A DNA stretch of 63,577 bases, filler included, from Dugesia japonica (taxonomy: Eukaryota): assembly GCA_001938525.1 (NCBI GenBank). It is 6 parts of 6 records of this genome, joined end to end, with 100 filler letters (N's around TTAATTAATTAA, not from the genome) between each part and the next. Parts side by side here need not be neighbours in the genome. Positions count along the whole stretch, not along the records: positions 1 to 8,862 come from MQRL01603827.1; positions 8,963 to 17,326 come from MQRL01632470.1; 4 more parts are not named here. One strand, 5' to 3'. Shown here piece by piece: positions 1 to 12,858 of this stretch (position 1 is its first letter; each line of letters opens with the position of its first letter). The position numbers were made by a program, and so were the translations under genes. A model generated the notes under the pieces. The model was not told the origin of the DNA and did no database searches. It saw only the letters and a list, made by a program, of their open reading frames with translations.

Positions 1-1930
1 ATTCATCTAGAAGGCAAGATTGATGACATGATTAAAATGCTTGCCAAAAGTGGCATTATAAAAGAATGCAGTATCCCGTGAAACTCACCTATAGTGATTG
101 TAAACAAAAAGAATGGAGTTAATAATATGTATCAAGATTTTAGATTATTGAATGAAGCAACATATAAATTTTTGTTTCCTATGCCAAATCCTCAAATGTT
201 TTCTGATCATCTTAGTGAGTACCATATTCTCAACATTAGATATAAGTCAAGCATTTTATCAAGTTGAACTAGAGGAGGAGGATAAAATTAAAACCGCTTT
301 TTTTACAAAAAAGTTCATAATCACATGCCATTCGGCTTATCAACCGCTTCTGCTACGTTTCAAAAATTAATGCATAAAATTCTGTCTGATATTCTATTTA
401 AAGGCGTTGTAGTTTATATCAATGATATTCTAATCTTTGCTAGAAATCGGAAGTAATATCATCGTATTTCATCAGAAGTATTTTAAAGAATTCAAGTATC
501 TAGTCTTAAAGTAAATACAGCCAAATGTAAGCTCTATCAAGAAGAGCTCGTGTGTTTTTGTCATACAATAAACAAATTTGAATTAAAACCAAATTCAGAG
601 AAAGTCAAGGAGATTGTTAATGCGGGAATTCCGAAATGTACTAAACAATTGTGATATTTTCTTGGAATGGCAAACTATTAGAGGAAATTTATAAAGAATT
701 TTTCGCCACTTGCTATACTTTTATAATCTGCTAATGAGTGTCAAAAGCACGATATAGTGTGGACAAAGGAATGTGAGATGAGCTACGGGAAAATCAAGGA
801 AGCCCTTTGTAACTCTTCAGTAACCTAAATAAGAAGGTCAACTAATTCTGGATACTGATGTCAATTTTTTGAAAACTTTTGCTGTACTGAGCCAATTATA
901 AAACGGTATGGAAGTCGTTATAGTATATGAATGCAGGTTGTTGAACGCACATGAAAAGAGATTGAGTGACCAGAAAGGAGTTATTGGGTCTTTATGAATG
1001 AATCCGTAATTTTTGGCATTACTTTTATGGGAAAAGTTTTGTTGCGAGAACCGATCACAAAGCTTTAGAGTTTTTAAAGAATTCAAAAAAAAACCAATTA
1101 CACCACAGTTCTAGACTTGTATGAATGAGTTATCAGAATATGATTTCGTATTAAACTATAGGAAAGAGGAACATCATTCCAATGCTTATAGTATGTTCAC
1201 AATGCCAGACTGAAGCGTGCCAATCTAAGGTAAAATATTTAAATGTTATGAAATTTTTCACAAGTGATTCACACAATTACATAAAAGAATTTAAAGAAGA
1301 TGAATTATTTAAGGAAATCAAAATTCATTTGATGGACAAAAGTTATCAAAAACGGTAAAAACCTTCCCGAATTTAAATATTTAAATAGGTTTTTAATTGA
1401 AGACGATATGCTGTTAATTGAGTCTGATGGTGGTCAAAAGATTATGGATCCCAAAAGATGCGTAACTACTTTTACAAACAAAATTTATAAAGGCTTATGT
1501 CGTGTTGGAATAAAAAAAACAGCAAAATATGAATCTAATTATTCCTTCTAGCCGAATATGATTACAGATATTCAGAATGCTATCAGAGAATGTCATTTTT
1601 GTATACACAGGAAGGTTAGTAGTGAAAACCTTTGGAAAATTTTAGAGTAAAATACGCAGGTTACCTGATGGAANAAATCGTGATAGATGTTGCATATATG
1701 GATAACGCTAAATTCTACAAAAATACATGATAGTCATAATTGATCAGTTCAGCAAGTTAGTCAGTCTTTATGCAACGAAAAGTCTTAACGAAAACACGAT
1801 CAAAAGTGCAATGTTAAATAACTGGATTTACAAATATGGAAAACCTTAACGCATCGTTTCTGATCGAAGATGAGTGTTTGAAGCATAGGTTTTACAAGAG
1901 TTTGCTTCAAGATTCCACAATAAGAACGAT
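1..1930 (+). mobile_element. Degenerate Ty3/Gypsy LTR retrotransposon pol (RT, RNase H, integrase)
   Basis: Broken frames give SP*NSPIVIV-like RT start, FSTLDISQAFYQV, KTAF, MPFGL..ASATFQ, VVYIND (YxDD decayed), FLGMANY, ILDTD, RTDHKAL and integrase remnants; many stops and frameshifts. Ends approximate. Confidence 0.9.
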
Positions 1931-2320
1931 TTCTCATTAAATATCATTGAATTATATTATAGAAAATAAGTTTTTAAAATAAAATTGATATTTTCGAATA
2001 AAACAGATAAACGAAGTTTTCCAGTCCACCTCAATTTAAAAATTAATTAAAAACTACTTAAAATATCTAAAATAAAATCAAATGAAAACTTTTCATTAAT
2101 TTTTGTTAATTTAACTGTTAATGACTTAATTAATTTTTTAATTTAATTAAAGCTAATAATAATAAAGACTAAAAAACTTTTAAAAATTAGTCAAACACAA
2201 TCATTCATTTTTTTAAATGCATCAAGAGAATATTTTGGTTTGTTAAGGCAATCGTTATACTTTTTATAAATTTTTCAATTAAAAAAATTGTTGATAAGTT
2301 TTTATATTTTAATTTTATAG

Positions 2321-5300
2321 GGAATCATCTTTTTGGATGAAGTTGATAAAATCAGTAAAAAATACATTCTGAGCAGTTCATGTCGAGATGTGGGAGGTGA
2401 AGGTGTCCAACAGGCTTTTCTGAAAATGTTGGAGGGTTCTACTGTTAGTGTTCCCGATAGTAGAAGTACTAGAAAAGCTAGAATGGATGCAATACAAGTC
2501 GATACTACAAATATATTGTTTATAGCGTCTGGTGCTTTCAATGGACTTGATAAAATTATTAAAAAAAGACAACAAAAAGATGTTAGTTTTAGTATTTGTT
2601 TAATGTTTTAATTAATAAATAAATGAACTTACTGCTCTGTATTCANNNNNNNNNNNNNNNNNNNNNNNNNNNNNNNNNNNNNNNNNNNNNNNNNNNNNNN
2701 NNNNNNNNNNNNNNNNNNNNNNNNNNNNNNNNNNNNNNNNNNNNNNNNNNNNNNNNATAGGAGTATCTTAAATAGGCTTTAAAAATATTTTTTTATATAT
2801 GTCAGGCGTTTAGCGAAAAGAATGCGCTCCTCATTTTTAAAGAACATATAAAAATCTGAGAATTAAAAGAAATTGATAAATTTCTAAAGATATTCTTTAT
2901 ATGATTATTTCTTATCTATGGATGCAAAATTGTTATAATTATACTAGAAAGAAAGGCATTGGATAAATTTTGGCGAAAAACTGGTAAGTGTGTTAAGTGT
3001 ATCATAATTTTGGCCAAAATAAGTTCAAATTTTTTTGCTAAATAACAATTAANNNNNNNNNNNNNNNNNNNNNNNNNNNNNNNNNNNNNNNNNNNNNNNN
3101 NNACAAAAAGATGTTAGTTTTAGTATTTGTTTAATGTTTTAATTAATAAATAAATGAACTTACTGCTCTGTATTCAAATATTATTCTTTATTATTTCCAA
3201 AAATCCAATACGGTAATTTTTTCGCTCAAATTGAAACTCTCTCTGACACCATCCTAAAATCAATTTTCCATGAATTATGAATATTTTATAGGAGTATCTT
3301 AAATAGGCTTTAAAAATATTTCTTTATATATGTCAGGTGTTTAGCGAAAAGAATGCGCTCCTCATTTTTAAAGAACATATAAAAATCTGAGGATTAAAAG
3401 AAATTGATAAATTTCTAAAGATATTCTTTATATGATTATTTCTTATCTATGGATGCAAAATTTTTATAATAATGCTAGAAAGAAAGGCATTGGATAAATT
3501 TTGGTGAAGAACTGGTAAGTGTGTTAAGTGTATCATAATTTTGGCCAAAATAAGTTCAAATTTTTTTGCTAAATAACAATTAAATAAGAGAAGGTAACAA
3601 ATAATTGTAAGCACTTATGAATGTGCCGAAATATATTTTTAAAAACATGTTTCTGGCTGTATGGCACGAATGTTGTCTCTGATATAGTCTTTAAGTTCGT
3701 CAATCATACGAGGAAGTTTAGCAAAACGGCCTCTTTTAAATAACCAAGAAGAAAGCAGTCAAGCGGTGTACGATCGGGAGATCTTGGAGGCTTTTGATAT
3801 CTTGTGATAATTCGATGATCAAAAATGTTTCGTAAATATAGGATGGTATGTCGACTGGTGTGATTAGTAGCAGAATTCTATTGAAACCATGCATGCTCAC
3901 GCTCATAGTCATTCAGTTGTTCCTTAAATTGATCAATGATAGTACAATAGCGCACAGATGTTATTGTTTCTTTAAAAAATATTAGACCAATAATACGGCT
4001 GCGACAAATAGCCACCTATACACCAATTTTCACAGGATGTAGAGGTAGCTCTATAAACCAACAAGGATTTTCTGTTGACCATAGTTTTAAGTTTTGAGAA
4101 TTCACGTAATCTAACTAAGCGAAGCTTCATCTGTGAAAAAGTTTCATCAAGTATTTCGTTATTCATTTAATCTTGAAACCACCTGCAGTATTTGTGACGT
4201 TTACCATGATCTGNTGGGAGTAGTTCTTGTAAGTATGAAAGCTTATAGGAAACAATTTCAATGATTTGAGAATCACCTTGTGCCAATTGAGAAAACAGTT
4301 TCTGCAGACAATTGGCGTATTGATTTTTCGGGACTGATCACGAATATCAACAATAAGTTCTATAGTAGCTTGGGATTGTGCTTTACATTTTCAATTGTTC
4401 CACTCTTCCTAAACATAGCTACAAGTTTTTTGTTAGCAGTTCTGCATGGCACAACATTAGGAAAAAACATTTCACTATTCGAAATTTTTCACTTGTCTCT
4501 TAAACCTGTTATTGCTGTTCGTCTGGGGAGTGATACTCCGGAACCACAAGAATTTGCAATGCTAAAATCTGGCGAAAATCAAAGAATCAATATTATAAAG
4601 TTAAATAATGAAAAGAATATATTATCAATTTTGTGTGCAATGTATAATAAATAAAAGATTAAATAAATCGTGATTTCTTTGTGGACTCCATTCAAAAAAT
4701 CTTGTCTATACTCCGTTTGTATATAAGTATAGTTATTTGTACATCGAAATTTCAATTTAACAAATAATAATGTTGACAACTTAAAGAATTAATGTCCTGT
4801 TTATTTAGCAAAGTATAGGATTTTCTGTTGAAATTCTCAATAAATGTGACAATAAATCATCACATGGCAAATATTTAGATTTTAATTCTAAACCAGACGA
4901 AGTCGCTCGAAATGAAGATGAAGATCGAGATAATTTACTGAAAAATATTGAATCTAAAGATCTTATTGAACATGGTTTAATACCTGAATTTGTTGGTAGA
5001 TTCCCGGTGATAGTCGCATTACACAGTCTCAATGAAGATATGCTTATGAGGATTTTAGTTGAACCGAAAAATGCTATCGTTTCTCAATATAAATGTTTAT
5101 TTAATTTAGACCAAGTTTTGATTTTCTTGTCACAGTTTATATTTTTAATCTATTTTAAAGTGTGAGCTTCATATAACGGAGGATGGATTGAGAGCAATTT
5201 GTAAATTAGCCATAGCGAAACAAGTTGGAGCTCGTGGTTTGAGATCTATTTTGGTAAACTTTTTTTGTAAATGAATTTTTGTATAGAATTTTATTGGGAA

Positions 5301-5450
5301 TTTTAGGAAAATATATTAATGGATATTCGTTACGAAATACCAGAATCTGATATATCAAATGTTATTATTAATGCGAATGTGGTAAATAAAAAGGAAGCAG
5401 TCGAAATTATACGACGACCTCTACGTTACATTAGTAGTGGATCAGTTTGA
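2321..5450 (+). CDS. CLPX: Mitochondrial ClpX AAA+ chaperone, 3' exons 2321-2581, 4809-5114, 5161-5253, 5307-5450 (5' exons not found in window)
   Basis: GT-AG spliced phase-0 exons translate to [11 protein letters not shown] (Walker B), [62 protein letters not shown]|ENIL; TGA at 5448-5450; AATAAA at 5557-5562; introns of 2227, 46 and 53 nt. Confidence 0.95.
3597..4530 (-). mobile_element. Decayed Tc1/mariner-superfamily transposase inside a CLPX intron
   Basis: Minus-strand remnants [55 protein letters not shown] (cf. WFQQDGA.HT) and [11 protein letters not shown] (cf. WPPRSPDLTPLD). Confidence 0.85.
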
Positions 5451-7710
5451 AATATATGGGGAAATATTATTTAGTGACATAACAATAATGCTTCTCTTCA
5501 TAACAATTGACTGATTCATTTTGTACTGTTGTATTTTTGGTGGAATTTGATAATTTAATAAAATATTTCGCTCATTTTCAATTTATTGAAATTAGTTATT
5601 AAAAATATTTTAAAATTTTGTAATATATATTACTTAAAACTTAATGAGTAGTAGTTATTAATAATATTTTAAACTTTGTGATATTATGTTTATTTAAAAT
5701 TATTAAGTATTAAAATTTACGATTTCTAAATTTTTAAATAACGTCTTGCTGTTGAATCAATGCTCTTGTTGATTATTTCACTATTTAATATTTATGTGCA
5801 AATTATAAATTTAGGACATTTTAACAGGATTGTAAGATTTACGTAATTATGAAAGAAATATATTGGAGGTTGTGGCCATATTGCATGTTAACATAAGTGC
5901 GTTTGTCACTTACATTACATTCGAGAAGGTCTGAGATGTGANTTCATTACCTAAACGGTGAACATTAAAATTTGTGTGGTGCACTATAAAGTGTTTCAGT
6001 GTTTGTTAGTCTTGCGATGGTTATTAGTAACTTGAAGACATTGCATACACTGAAACTTTGAATTAACCATCACAGCGTGTAGAGTGATATTGTGGCAGAT
6101 GATATTTCGAATCCAATTCAGATTACAGCGACCTCCAATTTTTTATTTAGATTATTGTCTTTAATTCAAATTCAAAACATGCTAACTTTAAAAAAAGAGA
6201 AAAAGTACAAAATTTATTGCTAAACGAGTGAAATATCAAGAAGTTAGATAAGAATGCAAACAAATCTAACCCACATTGATTTCAGTAATCAAAGAAATAG
6301 TGAAATTAATAATAAAAGACAAGGAAAAATCATTGAAAAAATATTTAATTATCCAAAAGCAGAATTAATATCAAACTGAAAATAAATCTAAATTAAACAA
6401 AAAATCAGTTTTGTAAGAATAACTTGGTTATGGGTAATCACAGAGACCCAGGGAAAGAAAATGTTAAAAGGCATTAAAATTTCGTAACCGGAAAACTTTG
6501 CAACCATCAGAAGAACGACCACAAGGGTTGGAAAATTGGGCCAATAAGAACCTGAAAAATAAACATAAAACAAAGACACAATTATCATGTGCCATTCTAA
6601 AAATAGCTACCAATCAGAATTTCAGAACTCTTAGAAGATTGGCATCAGATCCAATGAAATTTAAAGGATTCGAACTCAAAATAACCGACCACAGTCGGGA
6701 TGCAACCAAAGTCCTATATAAGCCGCGAAAAGTTTAGTGAAAAAACAACAAAAATTTTAACTTTATAAAAATTACTTAACATTACCAGCATTATCGTCAA
6801 ATTTTACTTTACTAGTGCTAAACCAGGAGTACGTGAAGTCACTTTACTGTTTATCGCAGAAACTTGTAACTCAATTGAATTTCCCACAAGTGGATAAGGT
6901 ATTCTACTACCAGAAGAAAATTAGTGAGAAATTTAACACTGAAAATTTTCTGTGTACTATCCTCGTTGCAGAAGTAAAATCATATTAAAGTAAGTATTAG
7001 TTATGATGTAGTAAAAAGTGTTGTTAAATTTAATTTTAGCTGTATGAAATACAACGTTTATTCCGAAATTAGTTATTTATTTTTCAAATATATTTTTTCT
7101 TTCAATTAATAATAGAGAAAAATATCAATCGTAATATGCAATCGATAGTGTTCTGTGTTAATACAACATGTTGTTTTTCCGCCATAATACCGCAGCGAGT
7201 AATTTCCACTGTCCTTAACTATTGGCAACTTGACATGCAATTGCCACAGTGCAATCCAGAAAATATAATTAGCACGTGATCATAAATTTTAAGCAAGTGA
7301 GAGTAAACACGCTGAAACCCGTGGGTGGACACAGTTCTTATATCTACTGCGAACGCAAAAGGGAAGCGTTATAGAAATAAATGTGTTAACGTACACAAGG
7401 AGATGGAAGCTGCGCACGACCAAGAAAGAATTTGGAAATCGCAGGTAGAGTCGTTCGCCGAGATCATCCGGTCCAGCCATGACCATGAAAATAAACTAGT
7501 CAAGGATATCCTGCATCTTAAGGAAAGATCCTACCTCGAACCTCTCATGGTTGATAAGAGCACACAGACAAAATCCATATCGCGTGACTAACCTTTCTGT
7601 TTCTGGAAATAAAAAATCGAGTGTTGTAATCTTTGCCTTAGCGTGTATCACCTAAATTTTGATTAGGCGAATTCGATATCGATGTATTAATTATTTCTTC
7701 CCTATTATTA

Positions 7711-8106
7711 ATGCTTAATTATTTAGTGCCACGAATTGTATTTCCAACGAGTTTACGGAGGTGTCACCGGATTATGCGTCGATTGTTATTAGAACGACAT
7801 TTAAAACGTAAGATCGAACGGGCTCTTCTAAGACATATCACCCAGCGGGACCGATTAATAAAAAAATTAGATTTAGTGGTTAAAAAACAGAATGAGTTGG
7901 CTGCACAAACCATGGCTTTTGAAGCACAAAACAAAAAGTTACAACAAAAGGTAGATTTCTTAAAGCAATATATAGCCAACCTATCGAGCCAGATGGGAAA
8001 CCCTACTTGGGTACAGGGGGATGACAATGATGACATCGCTGCATTCGATTTTTTGGTAACTTACCCAGCCCAGTGGTTAGACCCCGAAACCGTGGAAGAA
8101 CTATAA
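7711..8106 (+). CDS. Hypothetical 131-aa coiled-coil ORF, possibly a retroelement 3' accessory ORF
   Basis: ATG-initiated ORF, GC-richer than its flanks, with heptad-like LIKKLDLVVKKQNELAAQTMAFEAQNKKLQQKVDFLKQYIANL; lies ~400 bp upstream of a PPT-like tract. Confidence 0.3.
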   Translation: MLNYLVPRIVFPTSLRRCHRIMRRLLLERHLKRKIERALLRHITQRDRLIKKLDLVVKKQNELAAQTMAFEAQNKKLQQKVDFLKQYIANLSSQMGNPTWVQGDDNDDIAAFDFLVTYPAQWLDPETVEEL

Positions 8107-8502
8107 ATGTTATTTTAATAGATGTTTTCGGCTAGCTTTTGCTTAATTGATTATTCATAACTATAAGGGAAAAATGTGAACCCAAAATTTAAAGGCATAT
8201 AGGCGTGCACCTCCTATTAAGTGAGAGGTCAAGCACTACGTGCTGAAGACCTAACTTGGGGGCGTTAGGTTAAATTCTTGAAAAGGTCCCCTGAGGGCTG
8301 TTTTTCCCCAGCCTCGTCCTTTCCGTAACCAACTCAGGTGGAACCCCAACATATCAACAAACTTTTATTGCCAATTTGTGAACAAAATTCAAATGATTTA
8401 TAATATCAAACTTTATTTTATTATATGTTATGATTTTTTTTCTTTATCAATATAATGATTTATATGTTGATATTTTAGTTTTTGGGACAAAAGCATATTT
8501 TT

Positions 8503-8862
8503 GGGGGGATGATATGTTAGGGTTCTAAGCTAGGCTTAATTTCATTTAAATTTATTTATTTATTAAACATTAAAATTATAATTATTATTAAAAATTGTTG
8601 GGGTGAAACACCTGAAAATAGAAAATATACCAGCGCTAGGTAGTGAAATAATACGAGCACTAAGTTAACAAAATCATTATGGGCTAAATGTAGAACAATT
8701 TTCTTCGGCCTACGGCCTAGCATTTTGCTTCCAATGTTATATGACGCGAACCAGGAAAGATGAGTCTTAATTACGCATCTTTTCTCGTTCCCGCCATTAT
8801 CTGATGCTAGAATGGATTTTTATCTTCATTATCAACAATAAATAGAAAATGATTTAGTTGAA
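8503..8862 (+). mobile_element. Putative polypurine tract and start of a 3' LTR
   Basis: GGGGGGATGATA directly followed by TGTTAG (8515), the usual Gypsy PPT/LTR junction; truncated by the linker. Confidence 0.4.
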
Positions 8863-8962
8863 NNNNNNNNNNNNNNNNNNNNNNNNNNNNNNNNNNNNNN
8901 NNNNNNTTAATTAATTAANNNNNNNNNNNNNNNNNNNNNNNNNNNNNNNNNNNNNNNNNNNN
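8863..8962. other. Artificial scaffold linker N44-TTAATTAATTAA-N44
   Basis: Exactly 100 nt with a six-frame-stop palindrome; identical structure at five sites. Confidence 0.95.
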
Positions 8963-9419
8963 GGTGTTTGTTTATTTTTATGATTTATATTATGTATAAT
9001 AATATTATAATTTTGAAAAAATTAATTCTGTTATCAGTTTCAATATTATCTTTAAATTTAAATGGGGAAGATGAAATAATGGCAGTACCACACATTGGAA
9101 TCATTCACTGTCAATATCAACAAGATTAATTATTGTGATTGAAGTTCTGAGTATTTTGGTAGTTTAGTCGAAGTCAATTGATCAGTCAACTTTAGTATCT
9201 TTTTAAAAATTAGCTTGAAAATAATCGGTAAAATTTCTCCAGCCTTCACTCCCTTACTGGATTCTGTTAGAGTTTTCAATCAAAAGCTATATTTTGTTTA
9301 ATGAAAATTAGGGATATAATTAATTAATTAATTTAAATAATATATATGTATTTATATTTGTTTAGTATTATTCCTAAATTTAAACTCTTCGATAGATAGT
9401 TACTGTTCAACTAAAAAAT

Positions 9420-10812
9420 CACAAGAAAATACAGCATTTTCAACAAAATTAGGACAGTTTTGTTTTACAAAATGCCATTTGGTATTGCTGCTGCACCAAG
9501 AACATTTCAAGAACTTATTAATAGAGCATTAATCAAGATAAATGGTATCAAAGCCATGGCTTATTTAGAAGATATTTTAGTTTTTTTGAATTCCTTGGAA
9601 GAACACATGATTCGTTTAAATAATGTGTTAAGTATAATACAAACCGCAGGTTAAAAAATTATTCCAGAGAAATGTTCGTTATTGAAAAAAGAAGTTAAAT
9701 TTCTTAGACACTGTAATAGATTAAGGGAGGCTTATTTTACTTAGAACTATTTTGATTTAATTAATTTATTTTAATTTAGAGTGTATAATTTGTTATTATT
9801 ATAAGTATTATTTTATTACCAAAGGAATCTATTGAGTCCGACAGAGTCTCCTGTCTCAATGTTGGGACAACCGGGATGTATGTTATGTTAAACAATTAGA
9901 TTGTTAACTAATTAAATAACTGAATATTTTCAATACCTTGGCAAAAATACATAAAAATTTTTATCAACAATATTAATAATAGTTCAACAATTTTTTTTAA
10001 CAAAAACTATATAATTTACTGTTTTTCTTTTGAAAATAGGAATAATTGAACTTTGATTCGCTTCTACTGAAAGAGTTCTTTAGCTTTCTAAAGTTTTTCT
10101 ATTAGATCTTTGTTTTGGGGAAAATTTGCTGTATTTCAAATATTCATATTTATTTCAGTTTAAGTTCAAATAAAACTTTCCTTTGTTTCATTTGGCGGTT
10201 GCAAAATATATACATTTCATTTAAGTTCTAAATTCGATTATTTCTTTGCTAATTTTATTTCCATTTGCAGGTTGCCAAGTATTTAATTAGACTTGAATTT
10301 TCAATTTGTNTGTGGAAATAGTTTTTCCAGTGTTTCTGTAGTTTTCGGCCGTTGCCAAGTTTTATTTTAAATTGTTTTTCCAATTTTCAAATTTAATTTA
10401 TTTGTCCATTTAACTTATTGATTTTTTTATAGCTAATTTTTTTTATTATTATTATAATTATAAGTGTGTGTATGTAAATACACGCATATATACATATATA
10501 TTTTAAATAAAAAATAATAACATTACAGACATATTATAACAAGTGCAGGAATACAAACAAATCAAAGTAAAATGGAAGCGATTTCTGAAAGGCAAAAAGC
10601 AAATTTGAAGNGCCAAAATGTATCAAGAGTTTGAGAAGTCACTTAGGATTATGCATTTTTTATCAAAGATTTATAAATAAATACACAGAGAAAGCTAGAG
10701 TTTAGAGGCATTATGGGGTGAAGGTAATGAACAGCTGATTTGGTTTGATCAATGTGATGAGTCATTTAATCAACTAAAAACTGCATTACAGAAAGCACCA
10801 GTTATAGCTTTA
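9420..10812 (+). mobile_element. Ty3/Gypsy RT fragment interrupted by a solo-LTR-like insertion
   Basis: TAFSTKLGQFCFYKMPFGIAAAPRTFQ, AYLEDILVF, PEKC...EVKFLRH; resumes after 10527 as HIITSAGIQT...LGLC...FNQLKTALQKAPVI. Confidence 0.88.
9712..10527 (+). mobile_element. Solo LTR (816 bp)
   Basis: Termini TGTAAT...ATTACA (perfect 6-bp inverted repeat, TG..CA), 5-bp TSD GACAC/GACAT (9707-9711, 10528-10532), AATAAA near the 3' end; splits the RT reading frame. Confidence 0.75.
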
Positions 10813-10829
10813 AGGTTTGTTCATTTGCA

Positions 10830-12858
10830 AAACTACTACAAACCAACTGCTTATACCTTCATAAGCTTTCAGACAGTTTCCAAGCTCCACAACTAACTTT
10901 TCACCAACAACGTTCAAGGTGCCAACAATGAATTTTTCCCGTCCTTCAACATGACGTCATTCTCTGCAGTTTTGTCAAAAATGTCCCTTTTATCAACAGT
11001 TTATCTCCATACGCAGTGCCATTGTTTTCAATACCAAGTATATGTTTTGTCTTCATCTTTATTCTTAGGAAATTTTCTCTGACGCTTTGAAACAAAATTT
11101 TTAACGAACTAAACAATTCAACTACGTTCAACAGATATAGTTTGTGATCCTGCAGAGATTCACTGGTTGCATTTATTCTTTGCAGCAACGAATTCCATAA
11201 TATTGTCACTAGAGCTNNNNNNNNNNNNNNNNNNNNNNNNNNNNNNNNNNNNNNNNNNNNNNNNNNGATTTGCCTTTGCATCAGCACTTGTATCAGAGAA
11301 AGCTGCTTTTATCTCCTTGTAGCTTTTATTTAAAGCTAGAACAGTATCTGTTCTTGCAGACCACCTGTTATCAAAATCTTTTTTTCACAGACCGCGAATT
11401 TTTCTTAAGGTGTTGTTTCAAAATGGTCTACCTATGAGTTGATGCAGAAAACCACACATACAAGTTTTGCACAGCGTCAGAAAATGTCACTGCAATGGCA
11501 CAAGACGCAGCAGCATTACATACTAAATTGAGTGAGTAATTAGAACCTAGAATGTATTCCACAGTTGTGCTTTTAGCTTTGATGCTAGCGTGTCTTCTTA
11601 ATGCCAGTCCTTGGGTAGAAAGTAATTTCCCAGTCGTAACTACGCTTTTCAGAATATCTATCCAATATTGCTGCTGTTTTAAGTTGTTTAACCATTTCTG
11701 TATCAATGCGCCATTCTTGGACCACTTTATCGTTGAGCACCGGTGGTCCTTTGAATTTTCATGTGCAGTCATTACTGCTCATACGTTATCCCAATCGAAA
11801 CAATCATTCGTTAGTTTTGTTTTCTTAGTAGAAAACCACTTACAAATGTAACAATAAATTTTGCCGGTTGTTTCACTATAACTTAACCACTCACGTTTTT
11901 CTCGGGTTCCGTTTGATTTTTGTAAGTAAAACATTTTCTCAGTAAAATATCGATTGTATCTTCTAACTCGATCTATGACCTAAATACCATGCATAGTTTT
12001 GCTTATTTCAATATCCACATCTTTTGGTTTCTGAGTAAAAAATTTTTCCCTTAACTTTTTAGTTATATCATCAGACCACTGACCAACATTTTTAAAATAT
12101 ACTATTTCAGTTTCGGGGAATGCATTATTGTAAATTTCGTGATCTTCTTACCGATAAAGAAGCTCTACATCGTTATTGTTTGAAACGTGTCTATTCGTTT
12201 AAGTGAAAGTGAAATTCACTTTTGATTGCGTTAGTCTCTGTTATTTCATAATCTTTTCCCGTTAGAAATGGCGACGTCACACCGAGTAGTTAAGAGGGTG
12301 TTCCTGCTTGTGGAAAATGATCAACGACTATTATATTTACATTTGTGAAATATATCAAATGACAACTCTTGCCTTCTGCATCCGTATTATAATCCGTATT
12401 AGCCGTAACACTAACTACATTTTAGTCATCAAGATGTCTACGACTTACAAATGCATCAAACGAGTTTTTCTTGTTTACTTAGCTCATGTATCAAAATGCT
12501 TACGCTTCTACGTTTCATTGCGGCAGATTTTAATCAATATTTATTATTGTTTGCATTTCAATTATAGTGAATATATATTATATTACTGACATTAACTGCA
12601 GCAGACGGCCGTCATTAGCTTTACGGATAGTTGCTAACAAGTTTGATGTTGTTTAGCATAAATTCGAATATTATTAGCACAATTGAACAAAGCCAATTAT
12701 TAATTAATTACAACAATATACGTTTATGTGAAATTGTAAAATAGGTTTTTAAAGTCAAAATTCACAAATGTTTTTTATCTTAATTTAAAATTTTATTTTC
12801 GTACGATTGGGGTGCCCTAGGCGCGAGCCTAGTGCGCTTATACGTAATTGCTCCACTG
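10830..12858 (-). mobile_element. Decayed hAT transposon (ZMYM1-like transposase with TTF-type Zn finger)
   Basis: KREWLSYSETTGKIYCYICKWF...AHENSKDH (TTF Zn finger), LSTQGLALR, SLNLVCNAAA...QNLYVWFSASTHR, RWSAR, LWNSLLQRINATSESLQ; GC-rich terminus CAGTGGAGCAATTACG...CCTAGGGCACCCC starting at 12858 on the - strand. Confidence 0.85.

Noticed and set aside
2570-3582. Tandem duplication in the CLPX intron (2572-3052 versus 3103-3582)
   Set aside because: Near-identical copies abut N gaps; most likely a haplotype or contig-overlap artefact.
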